Of a stretch of 64,000 nucleotides of DNA, positions 63,313 through 64,000 are shown one piece after another. The position numbers and the translations under genes are program-made. The DNA lies in NCBI GenBank assembly GCA_022823185.1, contig JAJDXQ010000006.1, positions 70,738-134,737 of the forward strand. The letters are read 5' to 3'. The notes beneath the pieces were generated by a model, which was not told the DNA's origin, did not search any database, and was given only the letters and a program-made list of their open reading frames with translations. Origin of the DNA: Caldilineaceae bacterium (GTDB lineage: Bacteria > Chloroflexota > Anaerolineae > Caldilineales > Caldilineaceae). Positions within the stretch are counted from its first letter, which is position 1; each line of letters begins with the position of its first letter.

Positions 63313-64000
63313 TTTCCAATTCCAGCGCCCCTACCTGCGCCCGCTGGAAAAACCGCCTGTACGCGCGCACCTCCGCCAGCAGTTCCTTCAACTCCTCGAG
63401 CAAGAACGTCCGCGCAGCGCCGTCTCCTTCGCTTCCGGGGCCCGGCCTGACGCGCGCCACATCGCCCTCATTCCATCCCTGCAATTGCAGCAGTCCCTTC
63501 CCTTCCAGCCACAATAGACTGCAGCGAATGATCTCCTCCGTTACGCCGATACGGGCCGCCAGCCTGTCGATGGGAAGAAGACCCTCGCGGCCCCCCTCCC
63601 TCACATCCCCTTCCGAATCAGCCTGCAGGGACCACTTCGCCATCCCCGCCACCTGCCTCAACACGGCGTCCGCATCTGCCTCGGCCGTGTCGCGGCCGAC
63701 CAGATACAGCGCCGAAGGAGCCAGCTCTTCCACCAGCCAGTGGAGCAGCTCCGGCGACGGCGGGCTGCTCCACAGCACCAGGGGATGCCCCGTCCCGGCC
63801 TGAACCGCCTCCAGGCGCGACTGAAACGGAACATCGCCCAACTGCGTCCCCTCCGCAAACCAGACCGCGCCGTCGATAGTCTGCAGATCCCTCTCGGAAA
63901 CCAGCTCGCGTCGCAGGTCGTGGATAGCGGCTTTCTTCGCCTGCCCGTCAACGACGCCGGTCGCGGCGTCCCGGCCCGCCCTTCCTTCCGCCGGCCGCAC
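63305..64000 (-). CDS. Hypothetical protein, C-terminal part only (5' end outside the window)
   Basis: Open frame to the window edge; the leading 'M' in the track is just a GTG at the boundary. Coding-like sequence (…LVLWSSPPSPELLHWLVEELAPSALYLVGRD…LLWLEGKGLLQLQGW…). No family recognised. Confidence 0.5.
   Translation of the reverse strand: MRPAEGRAGRDAATGVVDGQAKKAAIHDLRRELVSERDLQTIDGAVWFAEGTQLGDVPFQSRLEAVQAGTGHPLVLWSSPPSPELLHWLVEELAPSALYLVGRDTAEADADAVLRQVAGMAKWSLQADSEGDVREGGREGLLPIDRLAARIGVTEEIIRCSLLWLEGKGLLQLQGWNEGDVARVRPGPGSEGDGAARTFLLEELKELLAEVRAYRRFFQRAQVGALELERQ

Noticed and set aside
1-64000. Search for tRNA/rRNA genes, transposases, integrases, phage genes and toxin-antitoxin pairs
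   Set aside because: No T-loop-like GGTTCGAATCC/GGTTCAAxTCC context outside CDS, no rRNA-like segments, and no ORF with DDE, tyrosine- or serine-recombinase signatures were seen. The absence is by eye only and should be confirmed with tRNAscan-SE, Infernal and ISfinder.

Overview
High-GC bacterial chromosomal segment. Hand-counted 60-nt lines give about 65-68% GC in the core. It is densely coding, with about 58 credible CDS. I recognised no rRNA, tRNA, CRISPR array, transposase or integrase. Taxon cannot be proven from sequence alone; the gene mix (YfhO, UvdE, PucC-like MFS, plant-type LRR protein, Get3-like ArsA) has a Chloroflexota-like flavour, which is a guess.

Content:
- Housekeeping: dnaK-dnaJ, truD, sppA, uvsE.
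- Redox enzymes: IorAB-like molybdoenzyme, two Gfo/Idh/MocA oxidoreductases.
- Transporters: ABC-2 exporter, CUT1 sugar ABC, polar amino-acid ABC, BCD/PucC-like MFS, YeeE, EamA.
- Envelope glycosylation genes: YfhO, then GT2-DUF2064-GT2-EamA-GT-C.
- A 770-aa secreted LRR protein.

Three compositionally deviant islets stand out:
1. 1837-4255: an NgoMIV-like restriction endonuclease with an amino-type (SPPY) methyltransferase, about 45% GC.
2. About 34.1-36.66 kb: an AlbA_2/Schlafen-like HATPase protein plus a small membrane protein.
3. 44.13-49.1 kb: a sugar ABC cassette, bounded on the right by a 3' fragment paralogous to the gene on its left.

Other signals worth a second look:
- A dispersed heptamer tandem-repeat element ((C/T)CACTGA)n...CTGCC occurs four times in one orientation at gene ends. 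Two of the copies sit exactly at islet junctions.
- A tail-anchored protein lies next to a Get3/ArsA-like ATPase.
- A nuclease-like ORF is translationally coupled to uvsE.
- A truncated B12/radical-SAM gene.
- A DoxX-YeeE-DoxX trio with palindromes.

All family assignments rest on motif recognition from memory and need database confirmation.
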